A DNA stretch of 64,000 nucleotides. Origin: Macrostomum lignano. Lineage: Eukaryota. Shown here one piece after another: positions 61,610 through 64,000 of the stretch. How positions within the stretch are numbered: position 1 is the first letter of the stretch; every line of letters starts with the position of its first letter. The notes under the pieces are model-generated. The model searched no databases. It was not told the origin of the DNA and was given only the letters and a program-made list of their open reading frames with translations. Made by a program: the position numbers and the translations under genes. The stretch spans positions 1-64,000 of the forward strand of contig NIVC01003464.1 in assembly GCA_002269645.1 (NCBI GenBank). Direction: 5' to 3'.

Positions 61610-62250
61610 TGGAGTGAACTCAATGAGCTGGAGTGAACTCAATGAGCTGGAGTGAACTCAATGAGCTGGAGTGAACTCAATGAGCTGGAGTGAACTCAAT
61701 GAGCTGTTCAGAGTGATCGACTCAATGAGCTGGAGTGAACTCAAATCAGCTGGAGTGAACTCAAATGAGCTGGAGTGAACTCAAATCAGCTGGAGTGACC
61801 TCAATGAGCTGGAGTGAACTCAAATCAGCTGGAGTGAACTCAAATGAGCTGGAGTGAACTCAAATCAGCTGGAGTGACCTCAATGAGCTGGAGTGAACTC
61901 AAATCAGCTGGAGTGACCTCAATGAGCTGGAGTGAACTCAAATCAGCTGGAGTGAACTCAAATGAGCTGGAGTGACCTCAATGAGCTGGAGTGAACTCAA
62001 ATCAGCTGGAGTGAACTCAAATGAGCTGGAGTGAACTCAAATCAGCTGGAGTGAACTCAAATGAGCTGGAGTGAACTCAATGATCTGGAGTGAACTCAAA
62101 TCAGCTGGAGTGAACTCAAATCAGCTGGAGTGACCTCAATGAGCTGGAGTGAACTAAACGAACTAGAGTGAACTCAATGAACTGGAGTAAACTCAATGAA
62201 CTGGAGTAAACTCAATGAGCTGGAGTGAACTCAAATGAGCTGGAGTGAAT
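61610..62250. repeat. Minisatellite, 19-20 bp unit AATGAGCTGGAGTGAACTC
   Basis: Tandem periodicity. Confidence 0.93.
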
Positions 62251-64000
62251 TAAGAACTCAATGACCTCGAAACATGAAACTATCATTTACACATTATGAA
62301 GCACTGTTGTTATTGTTAGCTTTTAATCAACGCCCACCCCCTTCCAGCGTCCATAGGACCTCTCGCCGCTTGCCTGTTGCTAAATATTTAATTGAGCATT
62401 TTTCACAGTACCTGTAGAGAATGCAGAGATGTAAAACCGTGATGAGTTAGACGCATGAAGCCCTCATGACAGTCGTGGCCACGCTTCCTGACAGGCCATT
62501 ATATGACTCATCATAGCGAGAAGTTAAGCCAGAGTTAGTAGCCACTTCATATCTGAGAACTATTGGTAGATAATAGACAGGTAGATAGGTGAGTAACGCC
62601 CCCACATTGAAAGCTAACTGATATAGATCAATCAATCAATAGTTTAAATGAGCAAGTTTGCAAAGTAATTTAAGTGCACTTTAAGTGCTTGTACGGTTGA
62701 ATCTTGAATACTTTACTGGAGGCCAATTTTCAATGCAAATTAATAATTAAAAATGCAAATGAATCCATGTGGCTCAACGATTGTCTATGGCCGAAACCAT
62801 GTACGGGGTAGGGCATTGAATTTAAGACATCGAGTAGACTTGAAAATCAGACTTGAATTCAACTGCTCTGTGTATTAAACTCAATGCTCTATCTGTGCCA
62901 TAGACAATAGACGGTGTTTCGACCATAGACAAAAGTAGAAACATTATTTGATTTTGATTGGCAGTGTCTTAAAATGAAACGCTCAAATTTTTGAATTGTT
63001 CTTTCTAGACGGAGATTTGTCTATGGTAAAACTATATTTGGTTTGATCACAGGGTATTGTTATAGGGTAGATTTGTAGCGACCTTCTGGATGCATACTTT
63101 AAATATGATGAATAAATGATAAAGACTTGCGATTAGCTCACCGGAACCGGAACTCCGAACCAGGAGCTGGGAACTGCGGTCTACGGTCCAAAGAATTTCA
63201 GTCGAACTTGGGCAAACTTGGGCAGGCAACTGCTTTTTAAAGAGGAAGAAATAATGTTATTCTTACTGAACTATTCAGGCCAGTTGTTGGAAAGTCTTCT
63301 TCCTTCGCTTTCTCTATCCTCTCTCTCTCTCTCTCTAGTTATCCTTGCCAACTATGGGGATATTTCTACTTTGAGGGGGTCCCCCCCAGTTCCACTGACC
63401 CATGGCCCACAGTCCAGCCCTACTATTGGTTGGCATCTGTCCACCCTGCTGAATCGTCTCGTCTGTAGGCTGAGGGTGCGGATAGTTAGTAGCCCCGGCT
63501 TATTCTTATATTATTCATCTTTCAGTAACCATTCGACCTTATTCGTGGCTTCCATAAACTCCTGGGTTACGAGATCAGCTTAACAAGATACTTGCGCTGG
63601 GAAGAAAAGCGCATTGTCTATGTAGCAATGATGTCTTTTTTGCCCCCCCCACCCGACTGTTATCGATTCCGAACTAGGGAAGAAACTGCATGGGGAAGTT
63701 TTATTTAGCTGGTCGCCTACCTGAATAGCAACTGGCGCGACAGGCTTTAGGAGAGAAATTCGATATTGCAGCTGAGGGTCGGGGGGGGGATGGCAGGTCC
63801 GGCATTCCATTCGAGTATTCACTGCCGGCCCCATGCACCAGCTTACTAGATATCGGGCTCCTTTTTACAATCTTGATACGATCGGCACTAGGCCAAGGCT
63901 TGAACACTGAACTTCACTGGCTCTTGGTCAAGCGTTAAGAAATAATCAAGTACATCGGGTGGGGGACAGAGCTTGCTCTAAAGTAAAATAAATGGCTACT

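Noticed and set aside
9424-62250. CRISPR-like appearance of regular 20-35 bp repeats
   Set aside because: Units are head-to-tail with no unique spacers, there are no cas genes, and the context is eukaryotic.

Overview
Eukaryotic (metazoan) genomic DNA. It is most likely the free-living flatworm Macrostomum or a close relative. This is an inference from GC-rich, poly-Ala/Gln coding exons, GTGAG-dominated donors, minisatellite-filled introns and a close match to the Macrostomum spliced-leader sequence as I recall it. Seven protein-coding genes can be reconstructed. Plus strand: ARMT1/DUF89 (2 exons), NIFK/Nop15 and SNRPG (SmG). Minus strand: a neuropeptide precursor with 20 copies of AYGSMPW-G-KR, a PLEKHA5/6/7-like PH-domain gene (at least 9 exons), an SLC26 anion transporter (6 exons) and a Kekkon-like LRR-Ig-TM receptor. 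Several genes carry isolated 1-nt deletions that look like consensus errors. Mobile DNA comprises a Penelope-like fragment with a minimal hammerhead ribozyme, a fully bounded mariner, two tRNA-derived SINE copies, two hAT-like MITEs with 8-bp TSDs, a 1.4-kb element with long TIRs, and a dispersed SINE-like family that seeds a 21-bp minisatellite. More than 20 tandem repeat arrays are present. The most notable observations are: (1) a degenerate spliced-leader sequence embedded in a CCAAT/TATA/AATAAA (LTR-like) context inside an SLC26 intron; (2) the AYGSMPWamide precursor; (3) five SLC26 introns that are all phase 0, all follow a CAG codon and are all 3n long; (4) a stop-free, frame-preserving minisatellite intron in the PH-domain gene.
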